DNA of 64,000 bases from Gammaproteobacteria bacterium (lineage in GTDB: Bacteria > Pseudomonadota > Gammaproteobacteria > SZUA-140). Positions 37,730 through 46,666 of the stretch are shown here, piece after piece. A model generated the notes under the pieces. That model saw only the letters and a program-made list of their open reading frames with translations, was not told the origin of the DNA and made no database searches. Position numbers and translations under genes: made by a program. Position 1 is the stretch's first letter. Every line of letters starts with the position of its first letter. The stretch is taken from positions 12,300 to 76,299 of the forward strand of contig WFNO01000122.1 of NCBI GenBank assembly GCA_015488555.1, read 5' to 3'.

Positions 37730-38566
37730 TCACTTGTTGTGGCAGGTCAGGCACACTGCACTACCACTGGGATCGATGCGAAGGAAAGTGGGATTGTAGT
37801 CCACGTGTGGATCGTGACAGGAGGCACATTCCACGTAGGGCTGCGGCTCACCGGCAAAAGCCCCTTTGGTCCCCACCCGGGTATAAAGTTTCATGTCAGT
37901 ACGCTCGAAGTCTGAGGTACTACCTTCTACCTGGGTGTTGACCCACCATATCCGGCGTGTGCCGACAATCTTGGTCTCGGCTGGATTGAAATCCTTGTCG
38001 CGGCCCGGTCCCTGGGGATTGGATTCGGAATAGCCCCCGCCTGCATACTGCACGCTGATGGGATGGTCATCGGTAAGATCCTTGCCCAGATTGGTGATCA
38101 CCGTCACTGGCCCGATGCGGCCGTTCACTGCGGCGGCCTGGCCACTCCACACGCCGCTGGAAAAGGCATAATTGTCTGCGCCAGAACCCGGTTCGTTGAT
38201 CATGGCATCCATGGCTTGGGTGCCATCGTGACAGGAGAGACAAGCGATGGACACCGAACCGATAGGCTCGATCTGGGCATCCAGGGTGGTACTCCCGCCC
38301 TGGTCGTAGGTCTGGAATCCCGTAGGATCCAGGTAGCGGTTCCATAGCGGCACCGCCGCCGAGGCATCTCCTCCATGGGGGGTATGGCAGAATACACAGA
38401 TCTCAGTGGTACCGCTGAAATTACTGGCGGCATTGACGCCCATGCTGCCGAGATTGTGTTTGGTGTTGGCAATCCCCGCTCGCACCTCCTGAGCAACCCC
38501 TGACAGCATGAGTGCCAAGATGAAGGCCAAGGCCGTCATCCACGTTGGCCTGGCGGCTGGCCGCAT
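37730..38566 (-). CDS. Secreted tetraheme cytochrome c, OmcE-like (UetA-like)
   Basis: Signal peptide, then GIANTKHNL, ICVFCHTPH, PLWNR, CLSCHDG, NLGKDLTDDHP, ECASCHDPH, FLR, CLTCHNK; true start ~38566 or 38539, not 39127. Confidence 0.93.
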   Translation of the reverse strand: MRPAARPTWMTALAFILALMLSGVAQEVRAGIANTKHNLGSMGVNAASNFSGTTEICVFCHTPHGGDASAAVPLWNRYLDPTGFQTYDQGGSTTLDAQIEPIGSVSIACLSCHDGTQAMDAMINEPGSGADNYAFSSGVWSGQAAAVNGRIGPVTVITNLGKDLTDDHPISVQYAGGGYSESNPQGPGRDKDFNPAETKIVGTRRIWWVNTQVEGSTSDFERTDMKLYTRVGTKGAFAGEPQPYVECASCHDPHVDYNPTFLRIDPSGSAVCLTCHNK

Positions 38567-38948
38567 CCATAGTGCTTCACCGACAAGTGAAAACGATCCG
38601 CACGACCACTGGGGCCAGAACCTTCCCGCTACCGCCGCGCTCCTCCCCATACTCACTCTGGAAACCCTCCCCGAATATCCAGTGTTGGGTGATGTCGTCC
38701 CGCACGGACAGGGCATCATTATACCCACATCAGGCTGCCGCATGAGCCATTGGTTGATCTCTCCCGACAACCCTACCGGCCGCCCATTCCCTGTCATCGT
38801 TGCAGTGAATCTAGTTATACACTCTACCACAAGCGCCGTAGCACGGAAAAACGCATCGCGCACAGGGATTTCCTTCAGCGTACCGCCAATACCATCGCAA
38901 CCATCGTGCTCCTCCTGCACGCGGGTGCTGCACGAGCGGTGCTGCGCG

Positions 38949-40040
38949 TCAGATGCCGCGCTCGAATCGGAAACGCAGGCCCAGAGACAACAGGCGCAGG
39001 TCTTCACCGGCGGCGGGCAGCAAGGGAGCGGGATCGTCGGCATCGGCCACCAGGCCGTAGGCCGCCCCTTTTTCGTTGCGCACCGCCACATAGCGGGCAT
39101 ACCAGGCCAGGCGGGGTGAGAGGGCATGATCGAAGCCCAGGGCGCCGAATACCGCGCCGCTGTCGGGCAGGCCGTCCAGGGCCTCCAGGTAGGCCCCGGC
39201 CAGGCGCCAGGTCACATTGCCCAGGACCTGATCGAGGGCCAGGTGATAGGCGCGGCGGCCCACCGTCCGGCCGCTCAGGCGGGCGCCGTTGGTGGCCTCT
39301 TCCAAGAACAGGTCCAGGCGTGTGCCCTGGCCGAAATCCCAGCCCAGGACCAGCTTGCGCGCGGCGGCATTGCGATGGTCCGCCGCGGCGAATACCGCCA
39401 GGTTGGATTCGTAGCGCTGGAGTCGCTCGTAGGCCAGGGCCAGATACAAAGGCCCCCGATCCAGGATCAAGGCGGCGCTCGAAGCCCGGCGATCCGGCCC
39501 GTAGGCAGGCGTGGCGGCCAGGAGCAGCTGGACACCCTTGAGACGCGGCGTCTCGTAGCTCACCAGATGCGGCAGGCGGTTACCGAAGACGGGCTCGCCG
39601 TTCAGATTGCCCATCACCGCGTGGATGTCCGCCCGGGTGTCGGCGAACCCATCCAGGCGGTCACCGGCGCGGCGATAGGGCGTGGCCTGGCGCCCCACCC
39701 GCAAGGTGCCCAGCCGATGGCGCAGGCCTGCATAGGCCTCGCGCCCGCTGCTCCAGCCGCCCTCATCCAGATCCAGGTAGACCTCGGCACGCCACAGCAG
39801 ATCCAGATGCTCGCGCACGCCTTCGCGCCCGCGAAAGCCCAGCCAGGACCGATTGCCGTTCACCGCCAGCGGCTCGTCCTCGTCGGGTCCGGGATAATCC
39901 CGGGTATTCAGGCCGTCCAGAGATACCAAGGCCTGGCCGTAGAGTGCCATTTCCGCAGCCCGGCCGGCCAGCGGCACGCTCAAGACACAGGCGGCCAGTA
40001 CCCATCCCAGCACCCATCCGAACAGCACCCGCCAGCCCAT
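38949..40040 (-). CDS. Gram-negative general porin
   Basis: Signal peptide, LYGQ, SWLGFRGRE, REAYAGL...GTLRVGR, VSYETP, SLGLRFRF. Confidence 0.88.
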   Translation of the reverse strand: MGWRVLFGWVLGWVLAACVLSVPLAGRAAEMALYGQALVSLDGLNTRDYPGPDEDEPLAVNGNRSWLGFRGREGVREHLDLLWRAEVYLDLDEGGWSSGREAYAGLRHRLGTLRVGRQATPYRRAGDRLDGFADTRADIHAVMGNLNGEPVFGNRLPHLVSYETPRLKGVQLLLAATPAYGPDRRASSAALILDRGPLYLALAYERLQRYESNLAVFAAADHRNAAARKLVLGWDFGQGTRLDLFLEEATNGARLSGRTVGRRAYHLALDQVLGNVTWRLAGAYLEALDGLPDSGAVFGALGFDHALSPRLAWYARYVAVRNEKGAAYGLVADADDPAPLLPAAGEDLRLLSLGLRFRFERGI

Positions 40041-40280
40041 TCGGGGGCGTTCTCCGCCGGGCATGCGCGGGCGGAAACCGTACTCAACTCGACACCACTC
40101 CATCCAGCACTCCTTTTTTCACCTCGACCACCCCGTGGCCATCGTCCCTCGCCCTCCGGTCAATACCGTCTGGCACTCCAATCCCCCTGGCCGAGCGCCA
40201 GGTGGAAGACGAATTCATCGGGAGGACGGATTCTAGAAGCCCGCAATGTACCTTGAGTGCGCGCGCAAGGCAAAACGCAT

Positions 40281-40306
40281 AAAAAAGCCGGGCCCGAAGG
40301 CCCGGC
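40281..40306 (-). terminator. Rho-independent terminator after the upstream porin
   Basis: Minus strand GCCGGGCC-TTCG-GGCCCGGC-TTTTTT. Confidence 0.92.
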
Positions 40307-40374
40307 ATATGTTCAGGGCTGGATACCCGAGGTCTCTGGAATAAAACCCGGAATCAAAACCCGGGAATCGGGCC

Positions 40375-41334
40375 TCAGGGCAGCTCGGTGATGAACTGCG
40401 CCAGGAACTGCGTGCCATCCAGGCCGCCACCACCATCGGCATCACGATCCTTGTACTCCAGAGCGATTTGCAGATTGCTGCCGGCCTGCCAGGCGCCATA
40501 CAAGGTGATCGTGCTGGGCTCCACACCGCCATCGTAGGACTCGGCCTCGTAACGGCCGCGCACGACCACACCGTTGCCGAAATCATAGCCACCCCAGATG
40601 TTCCAGACGGCATCCACGATCTCGGCCGCCGCCAGGTAGTCGAAGCCCACTTCACCGCCACCGCCGAGGTTGGTCCAGGTACCGTTGATGTCCCAGACGT
40701 TGCCGGCACCCCCTAAAAGCGGATTGTCGTTGTCCTGGGTCACGTAACCAAACTCCAGATCCAGGTCCTGCATGGGCGTGACGTTGAGCACCACGGCCAG
40801 GGAGTTCTCCTCGGCCACACCGCCGATGTCGTTCAGGTAGGCCACGGTGCCGGTGACCATACCGGAACTGCCGGACAGCGCCACACCCGCCAGGTTGTTG
40901 CCATAGAGCGCGGTCTGATCATCGAGGATCTCGAATACCATGGAATGGGTGATGAAGCGGATCTCGTTGACGTCCTCTTCCTCGGCGCTCATGGGGTTGT
41001 TGAACACGCCGCCGATGAGGCTGAGCTGTTCCGTGAGCCCCCAGGAGAAGAAGGCCTGCTCAATACGGGCCGAATCACCACCCAGGGCATCATTGACACC
41101 GTCCAAGGCCAGATTCACATCCAGGTCGAGACGCGCCGTCACGCCATCGGCGGGGCTGGCGATGAAGTCCACTTCCCCGTTGGCCGAGAAGGACTTTTCG
41201 CTTGTAGGGGCCTCGTCGTCGGTCACGGTGTAGAGAATCTCGGCGAAGCCGTCCACCTTCACATCGTCCGCCTGCGCAGCCAGGGGCGCGGCAAAGGCGC
41301 CGGCGACGGCCAGTGCGATCAGTCTTTTTTTCAT
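40375..41334 (-). CDS. Acidic outer-membrane porin/beta-barrel, probably highly expressed
   Basis: Porin-type signal MKKRLIALAVAGAFAAPLAAQA, beta-strand pattern (IEQAFFSW); own promoter and terminator. Confidence 0.85.
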   Translation of the reverse strand: MKKRLIALAVAGAFAAPLAAQADDVKVDGFAEILYTVTDDEAPTSEKSFSANGEVDFIASPADGVTARLDLDVNLALDGVNDALGGDSARIEQAFFSWGLTEQLSLIGGVFNNPMSAEEEDVNEIRFITHSMVFEILDDQTALYGNNLAGVALSGSSGMVTGTVAYLNDIGGVAEENSLAVVLNVTPMQDLDLEFGYVTQDNDNPLLGGAGNVWDINGTWTNLGGGGEVGFDYLAAAEIVDAVWNIWGGYDFGNGVVVRGRYEAESYDGGVEPSTITLYGAWQAGSNLQIALEYKDRDADGGGGLDGTQFLAQFITELP

Positions 41335-41386
41335 CGTTTTCACTCTCCCTTTGTTGTGGTGTTGGTTAACGTTAAGCAACAGCGCG

Positions 41387-41415
41387 TTTATAGCCCAGCC
41401 ATGGCAGATTTGCAA
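41387..41415 (-). promoter_or_regulatory. Putative sigma70 promoter of the porin
   Basis: TTGCAA-17 nt-TATAAA on the minus strand. Confidence 0.6.
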
Positions 41416-41634
41416 CATTTTTTTCGAGACAAACCAGGATTTTGTGACTTGTGTATCATTTGCGCAACAGTTGGCGTGCGCAAAGGAGCGGCGCTGCGCC
41501 CACCGAAGGCGCAAAATCGAGCTGTTCGATGAATTGAGACAGAAAGGTGCGACCTGCAGCCGCAGGAATCCATGCAGAATTCAAAGGAACAGGGAAGTCT
41601 GCCTGTGAAACGGCCGAAGAGAGTGCTGGAAAAA

Positions 41635-41708
41635 TGGCTGGGGAACCAGGATTCGAACCTGGATTAACGGAGTCAGAGTCCGCTGTCCTGCCGTTAGACG
41701 ATTCCCCA
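41635..41708 (-). tRNA. tRNA-Gln (anticodon CUG)
   Basis: TGGGGAATCGTCTAACGGCAGGACAGCGGACTCTGACTCCGTTAATCCAGGTTCGAATCCTGGTTCCCCAGCCA; cloverleaf, TTCGAA T-loop, encoded CCA. Confidence 0.97.
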
Positions 41709-41709
41709 A

Positions 41710-41744
41710 TCAGATATCAGATGTCAGATATCAGACATCAGATG
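41710..41744. repeat. Heptamer tandem repeat (TCAGAYR) x5 abutting the tRNA 5' end
   Basis: tcagata tcagatg tcagata tcagaca tcagatg. Confidence 0.9.
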
Positions 41745-41873
41745 TTGTGAAAAGATACCGGATGGTGGGGCGGAATGACAAGTATCGGCCGCTCCATGAG
41801 GGGCGTGGGCCGGGGTGCGAGGAGGGGACGTAAAGCGAGACAACGCTCCGCTCACCCCTCGCTTTAACAGGCT

Positions 41874-42263
41874 TTAACGCTTCGAGTACTGCGGCCGCTT
41901 GCGGGCCTTGTGCAGGCCAACCTTCTTGCGCTCCACCTCGCGGGCGTCCCGGGTCAGGAAGCCGGCACGGCGCAGGGGCTGGCGCAGGCTCTCGTCGTAG
42001 GCCAGCAGGGCACGGGCGATGCCATGGCGGATGGCGCCGGCCTGCCCGCTGCTGCCGCCGCCGCGCACAGTGATGGTGAGATCCACGCGCTCTGCCATCT
42101 GTGCCGTCTCCAGGGGCTGGCGTACGATCATGCGCGCCGTCTCGCGGCCGAAATAGTCGTCCAATGGGCGGTTGTTGACCAGGATCCTGCCGCTGCCCGG
42201 CTTGAGGAAGACCCGTGCCGTGGCGCTCTTGCGGCGTCCCGTTGCCAAGATCTGGTTCGTCAT
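41874..42263 (-). CDS. rpsI: 30S ribosomal protein S9
   Basis: [27 protein letters not shown]. Confidence 0.99.
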   Translation of the reverse strand: MTNQILATGRRKSATARVFLKPGSGRILVNNRPLDDYFGRETARMIVRQPLETAQMAERVDLTITVRGGGSSGQAGAIRHGIARALLAYDESLRQPLRRAGFLTRDAREVERKKVGLHKARKRPQYSKR

Positions 42264-42289
42264 GACTGTACTCGCTCCGAATTCGAGAC

Positions 42290-42718
42290 TCAAAGATCCA
42301 GCGGCTTGGGCTGCTGGGCCGCGTGGGCGTGTTCCGGACCGGCGTAGACCCGCAATTTGCGGAACATGGCCCTGCCCAGGGGATTCTTGGGCAGCATGCC
42401 CTTTACCGCCAGTTCGATGACCCGCTCGGGTTTGCTGGCCAGCAGCTTTTCGAAGGTGATGGACTTGAGATTGCCGATGTAGCCCGTGTGCCGGTAATAG
42501 ATCTTGTCGGTGGCCTTGCGCCCCGTCACCCGCACCTTGGCGGCATTGATCACCACGATGTAGTCACCGGTGTCCACGTGCGGGGTGTACTCCGGCTTGT
42601 GCTTGCCGCGCAAGCGGCGGGCGATCTCGCTGGCCAGCCGGCCCAGGGTCTTGCCGCTGGCATCCACCAGGTACCACTCGCGTTTCACTTCATGCGGTTT
42701 GGCGCTGAACGTCTTCAT
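42290..42718 (-). CDS. rplM: 50S ribosomal protein L13
   Basis: [29 protein letters not shown]. Confidence 0.99.
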   Translation of the reverse strand: MKTFSAKPHEVKREWYLVDASGKTLGRLASEIARRLRGKHKPEYTPHVDTGDYIVVINAAKVRVTGRKATDKIYYRHTGYIGNLKSITFEKLLASKPERVIELAVKGMLPKNPLGRAMFRKLRVYAGPEHAHAAQQPKPLDL

Positions 42719-42720
42719 TT

Positions 42721-42762
42721 GCTTTTCATCAGGGGGTTTTTATCAGGGGCTTTTCATCAGAC
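42721..42762. repeat. 3 x 14-bp tandem repeat in the rplM leader
   Basis: gcttttcatcaggg / ggtttttatcaggg / gcttttcatcagac. Confidence 0.85.
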
Positions 42763-42819
42763 TGCTGTCGTCACGCTCCACGGCAGTGCCAGTGGTGCCT
42801 GCCGGATCAAAGAGCGGAA

Positions 42820-42848
42820 ATTCTACAGAATTCCCCCACCCGATACAA
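42820..42848 (-). promoter_or_regulatory. Putative sigma70 promoter of rplM-rpsI-tRNA
   Basis: TTGTAT-17 nt-TAGAAT on the minus strand. Confidence 0.7.
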
Positions 42849-42928
42849 GCGGGCCCGCGAACCATACCTGCAAGACCCGGGCTGCCTGCCGGGCGCGCGC
42901 TGCCCGCGCTCGAAATCGAATGCGCCGC

Positions 42929-43234
42929 TCAAATCTTCAGGCGTTCCACCACCTCGCCTTCCATCAGGTGGCGCTCGACGATCTCGTCCACGTCCGACCG
43001 ATCCCGGTAGCTGTACCACACGCCTTCCGGATAGACTACCAGCACCGGCCCCTCGGCACAGCGGTTCATGCAGCCGGCGCTGTTGATGCGCACTCCGCCG
43101 GGCCGTGCCAGGCCCAAGGCCTTGACCCGATCCTTGGCGTGGGCGCGCATGTCCGCCGCGCCATGGTCCTGGCAACAGGGACGGCCGTCTTCCCGCTGAT
43201 TGGTGCAGAAAAACACGTGATGGCGGTAAAACAT
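42929..43234 (-). CDS. Thioredoxin-like [2Fe-2S] ferredoxin
   Basis: HVFFCTNQR...CC...AGCMNRCAEGPVLVVYPEGVWY. Confidence 0.93.
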   Translation of the reverse strand: MFYRHHVFFCTNQREDGRPCCQDHGAADMRAHAKDRVKALGLARPGGVRINSAGCMNRCAEGPVLVVYPEGVWYSYRDRSDVDEIVERHLMEGEVVERLKI

Positions 43235-43423
43235 GGCGCAAAGATACAAGAGCACGTGCTGAAAGGCCAGCCCTCCGGCTAGCAGGCTAGGGAGCCAACG
43301 CCTGCCCACTGTCTTTCACCCACGGAGTGCGGGCAAACCCCGCTGCGCGGATCTGCCAGAGCACGACAATCCCCGGCTTTGCGACCAGGAACCACACAAC
43401 CTCAGGAGAATCCGGATACTGGA

Positions 43424-44665
43424 ATGCTCACGAAGTTGATCGAGACCGAGGCCGATCACTGCGTCAAATGCGGCCTGTGCCTGCCCCACTGCCCCACCTA
43501 CGGCAAGACCCGGAACGAGGCCGATTCGCCGCGCGGGCGCATCGCCCTCCTGCAGGGGCTGACCCGCGGCCGGCTGCAGGATTCACCCGTCCTGCGCCGC
43601 CACCTGGAAGGATGCCTGCACTGCCGGGCCTGCGAACGGGTCTGTCCTTCCCGCGTCCGCTACGGGCTCCTGTTGGACGCCGGGCGGGCCGTGCTGGCCC
43701 GGCAGGAAGGTTCGGTCCCCGCTCCGCGCCCCTGGGACCCGATATGGGACCGAATCCCGCTCGCCCCGCGCCGCACGGCGGCCCTGCTGCGCCTGCTCCG
43801 CTACAGCGGCCTGCTGGCCCTGGCCCGGGGACTGGGGTTGCCCCGGCGCCTCGGCCTGGCGCGTGCATTCCGTTATCTCCCCGCCGTGCCGCGGCGCCGG
43901 CTCTGGCGCCGCCACTACCCGGCCCGGGGTCCGGAGCGTGGCACGGTGGCGTTGTTCACTGGTTGCGCCGGCTGGGTCTTCGAACAAGATGCACTGGCGG
44001 CGGCGATGAAACTGCTCAATGCCTGCGGCTATGTGGTACTGATCCCCCCGGCACAGGCATGTTGCGGGGCGCTGCACCTGCACCGCGGCGACCTGCCGCA
44101 GGCCCTGGCCCTGGCCCGCCGCAATGCGGCCTGTTTCAATGCCCTGGATGCAGACGCAGTGGTCCATCTCGCCACCGGTTGTGGCGCCACGCTGTCAGAA
44201 TACGGTCAACTGCAGCGCCTGGAATCCGGCCCCGGCGCAGCATTGCGGCTCCCGGTGGTGGAGATCTGCCGCTTCCTGGCCGCACAGGAATGGCCGGAGG
44301 CGGCCTTCTCGCCGCTGCCGGCGGAGGTGTGGATCCACGAACCCTGCAGCCAGCGCTACGTGCTGCGGGACCCGGAGGCACCCCGCGAGCTGCTCGCCCG
44401 CATCCCCCAGGTGGCGCTGCGGGAACTGCCCGACAACCACCTGTGCTGTGGCGGCGCGGGGGAATATCCCTTGCGCCAGCCCGAACTGGCGGATGCCTTG
44501 CTGGCGGACAAGACGGCGATCCTGCGGCGGCATCGCCCGCGCTGGCTGGTGACCAGCAACAGCGGCTGCCGGCTGCAACTGCAACGGGGAATTCGCGAGG
44601 CGCAACTGCCCACCCGCGTCCTGCACCCGGTAGAGCTGCTGGTGCGCCAGCTGACCGCCCGCTGA
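43424..44665 (+). CDS. glcF: Fe-S oxidoreductase, GlcF-like (two [4Fe-4S] plus two CCG domains)
   Basis: CVKCGLCLPHCPTY, SPRGR, CLHCRACERVCPS, CCGALH, CCGGAG. Confidence 0.85.
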   Translation: MLTKLIETEADHCVKCGLCLPHCPTYGKTRNEADSPRGRIALLQGLTRGRLQDSPVLRRHLEGCLHCRACERVCPSRVRYGLLLDAGRAVLARQEGSVPAPRPWDPIWDRIPLAPRRTAALLRLLRYSGLLALARGLGLPRRLGLARAFRYLPAVPRRRLWRRHYPARGPERGTVALFTGCAGWVFEQDALAAAMKLLNACGYVVLIPPAQACCGALHLHRGDLPQALALARRNAACFNALDADAVVHLATGCGATLSEYGQLQRLESGPGAALRLPVVEICRFLAAQEWPEAAFSPLPAEVWIHEPCSQRYVLRDPEAPRELLARIPQVALRELPDNHLCCGGAGEYPLRQPELADALLADKTAILRRHRPRWLVTSNSGCRLQLQRGIREAQLPTRVLHPVELLVRQLTAR

Positions 44666-44687
44666 GCGCTGAGCGCCGGGCGGCGAC

Positions 44688-45356
44688 TCAGATCCAGTAG
44701 GCAGTACGGGTCATGACCCGCGAGGTGATGTGCATGAGGATCTTGACCGGCCCCGGCAGGGGGGCGCCGCCGGCGTTCAAGGCCGTGGTGGCGTGATGGG
44801 CCTCGTCCACTTTCATCTGCTCCAGGATGGCCCGGCTCTTGTGGTCCTGCGCCGGCAGGCGCGCGAGATGATCCTCCAGATGGCGTACCACTTGGTGCTC
44901 GGTCTCGACGATGAAGCCCAGACTCCATTTGTCACCGATGGCCCCCGCCAGCGCGCCGATGGCCAGGGAACCCGCATACCAGAAGGGATTGAGCAGGCTC
45001 ACGCGGCTGTCCAGTTCGCGCAGGCGCCGCTCGCACCACACCAGATGGTCGTTCTCCTCCAGAGCCGCGCGTTCCATCTTGTCGCGCACCTCGGGCAGGC
45101 GGGCGGTGAGGGCCTGGCCCTGGTACAAGGCCTGGGCGGAGACCTCGCCGGCGTGATTGACACGCATCAGCCCCGCCACGTGGCGCCGCTCGGCAGGGCT
45201 GAGTTCCGGCTCCTCCAGCCCGGCGGCCGGATCGGCGCGTTCCGAGACCGGTGGCCGGCCGAACACGGTGTGCAGGGCATTGTCCGCGGTCATCACCAGC
45301 CGATCGAGGAAGTCGTACGACCGGGACGGCTGTGCCGCCTGTTCGGCGCCTGCCAC
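44688..45356 (-). CDS. coq7: Demethoxyubiquinone hydroxylase Coq7
   Basis: GLMRVNHAGEVSAQALY, EENDH, ETEHQVVRH, DEAHH di-iron motifs. Confidence 0.96.
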   Translation of the reverse strand: MAGAEQAAQPSRSYDFLDRLVMTADNALHTVFGRPPVSERADPAAGLEEPELSPAERRHVAGLMRVNHAGEVSAQALYQGQALTARLPEVRDKMERAALEENDHLVWCERRLRELDSRVSLLNPFWYAGSLAIGALAGAIGDKWSLGFIVETEHQVVRHLEDHLARLPAQDHKSRAILEQMKVDEAHHATTALNAGGAPLPGPVKILMHITSRVMTRTAYWI

Positions 45357-45360
45357 GGTC

Positions 45361-46182
45361 TCACACCTTGCGCATGTTGCGGCCGTAGAAGATCTCGGCC
45401 ATCTCCCGTTGCAATTGCCGGGTCACTTCCTTGCGCTCCTTGTCGCTGAGATCCGCCTTGCCCATGCCGAACAAGTAATCATCCAGATCGAAGCTCTTGA
45501 GCAGCATCTTGGTGTGAAAGATGTTCTCCTGATAGATGTTCACATCGATCATCTGGTAACGCTCTTTGGTGTCCCGCGACAAGAAATTCTGAATGGAATT
45601 GATCTTATGGTCGATGAAGTGTTTCTTGCCGCGAACGTCACGGGTGAAGCCGCGCACGCGGTAATCCATGATCACGATATCCGATTCGAAGCTGTGGATC
45701 AGGTAGTTCAAAGCGCGCAGGGGCGACACTCGCCCGCAGGTGGAGACATCGATGTCCACCCGGAAGGTGCTGATGCCGTTGTCCGGATGGCTCTCCGGAT
45801 AGGTGTGTACCGTGAGATGGCTCTTGTCCAGATGGGCCACCACAGCATCGGGCAGGGGACCAGGAGCCTCAGCATTGTGAATCTCCTCCGCGATCAGGGG
45901 CTCCTCGGAGATCATCATGGTAACACTGGCCCCCTGCGGATCATAGTCCTGGTGGGCCACATTGAGGATGGTGGCGCCGATAATGTCGGCCACGTCGGTG
46001 AGAATCTGCTTGAGGCGCTCGGCGTTGTAGGCCTCGTCGATGTACTCGATGTACTCGCGCCGGTGCTCGGCCGTCTTGGCGTAACAGATGTCGTAGATAT
46101 TGAAGCTCAGCGTCTTGGTCAGATTATTGAACCCGTGCAGCTTGAGCTTACGCTGTTTCAATATCCCCCGGGACTGTCTCAT
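45361..46182 (-). CDS. speD: S-adenosylmethionine decarboxylase proenzyme
   Basis: [17 protein letters not shown], cleavage site [17 protein letters not shown]; start 46182 or TTG 46161. Confidence 0.97.
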   Translation of the reverse strand: MRQSRGILKQRKLKLHGFNNLTKTLSFNIYDICYAKTAEHRREYIEYIDEAYNAERLKQILTDVADIIGATILNVAHQDYDPQGASVTMMISEEPLIAEEIHNAEAPGPLPDAVVAHLDKSHLTVHTYPESHPDNGISTFRVDIDVSTCGRVSPLRALNYLIHSFESDIVIMDYRVRGFTRDVRGKKHFIDHKINSIQNFLSRDTKERYQMIDVNIYQENIFHTKMLLKSFDLDDYLFGMGKADLSDKERKEVTRQLQREMAEIFYGRNMRKV

Positions 46183-46243
46183 CGTTCGCTCGATCTCCCC
46201 CTGCACGGCACGAATGTCTACCTGGTACGATCCTCGTCCGATC

Positions 46244-46666
46244 TCAACCCGCACACTTGTGCGCAATTGGTTCATGATAAATCATTTGCACCGTGTTGCC
46301 AGCGGGATCCTGGCAATAGAAACTGCGGGCCCCATCGCGGTGGGTGCGCGGTGCGGCCTTCACGGGTACCCCGTGCGCCACCAGAAAATCGTGCCAAGCA
46401 TCCACCTCCTCGGGCGTCCGCAGGATAAAACCGATGTGATCCAGGCGCTGCCCGGCCGCCGCCGGCGGCGCTTCGGTCCGGTGCAGGGCCAGATTGTCAC
46501 AACCGGAAGTGAGATAGACGTTATCGGGATCCGGGCGCCATTCCACGCGCATGCCCAGCAATTCCACGTAGAAGCGCTCGCAGGCCTCCAGATCGCCCAC
46601 GTAGAGAGCCACGTGCCGGAGACCCGCTACCGGCGGGGGGGAAGCACGCCTGTCCTTTTCGATCAT
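46244..46666 (-). CDS. VOC/glyoxalase-family protein
   Basis: [29 protein letters not shown]. Confidence 0.92.
   Translation of the reverse strand: MIEKDRRASPPPVAGLRHVALYVGDLEACERFYVELLGMRVEWRPDPDNVYLTSGCDNLALHRTEAPPAAAGQRLDHIGFILRTPEEVDAWHDFLVAHGVPVKAAPRTHRDGARSFYCQDPAGNTVQMIYHEPIAHKCAG

Noticed and set aside
38897..38911. Sigma54-like GAGCACG-N4-TTGC upstream of the tetraheme gene
   Set aside because: It lacks the invariant GG at -25/-24
38567..39127. N-terminal 186-aa extension of the tetraheme ORF in the six-frame track
   Set aside because: It overlaps the porin gene and the promoter region; a signal peptide begins only at about 38566/38539
34726..41334. Possible Cyc2 or MtoAB/MtrAB assignment for the barrels
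   Set aside because: No barrel has an N-terminal CXXCH, and no MtrA/MtoA-type decaheme is present
41627..41750. Short ORF containing MAGEPGFEPGLTESES
   Set aside because: It is the antisense translation of the tRNA-Gln gene
45157..46428. 423-aa plus-strand ORF
   Set aside because: Antisense shadow of speD
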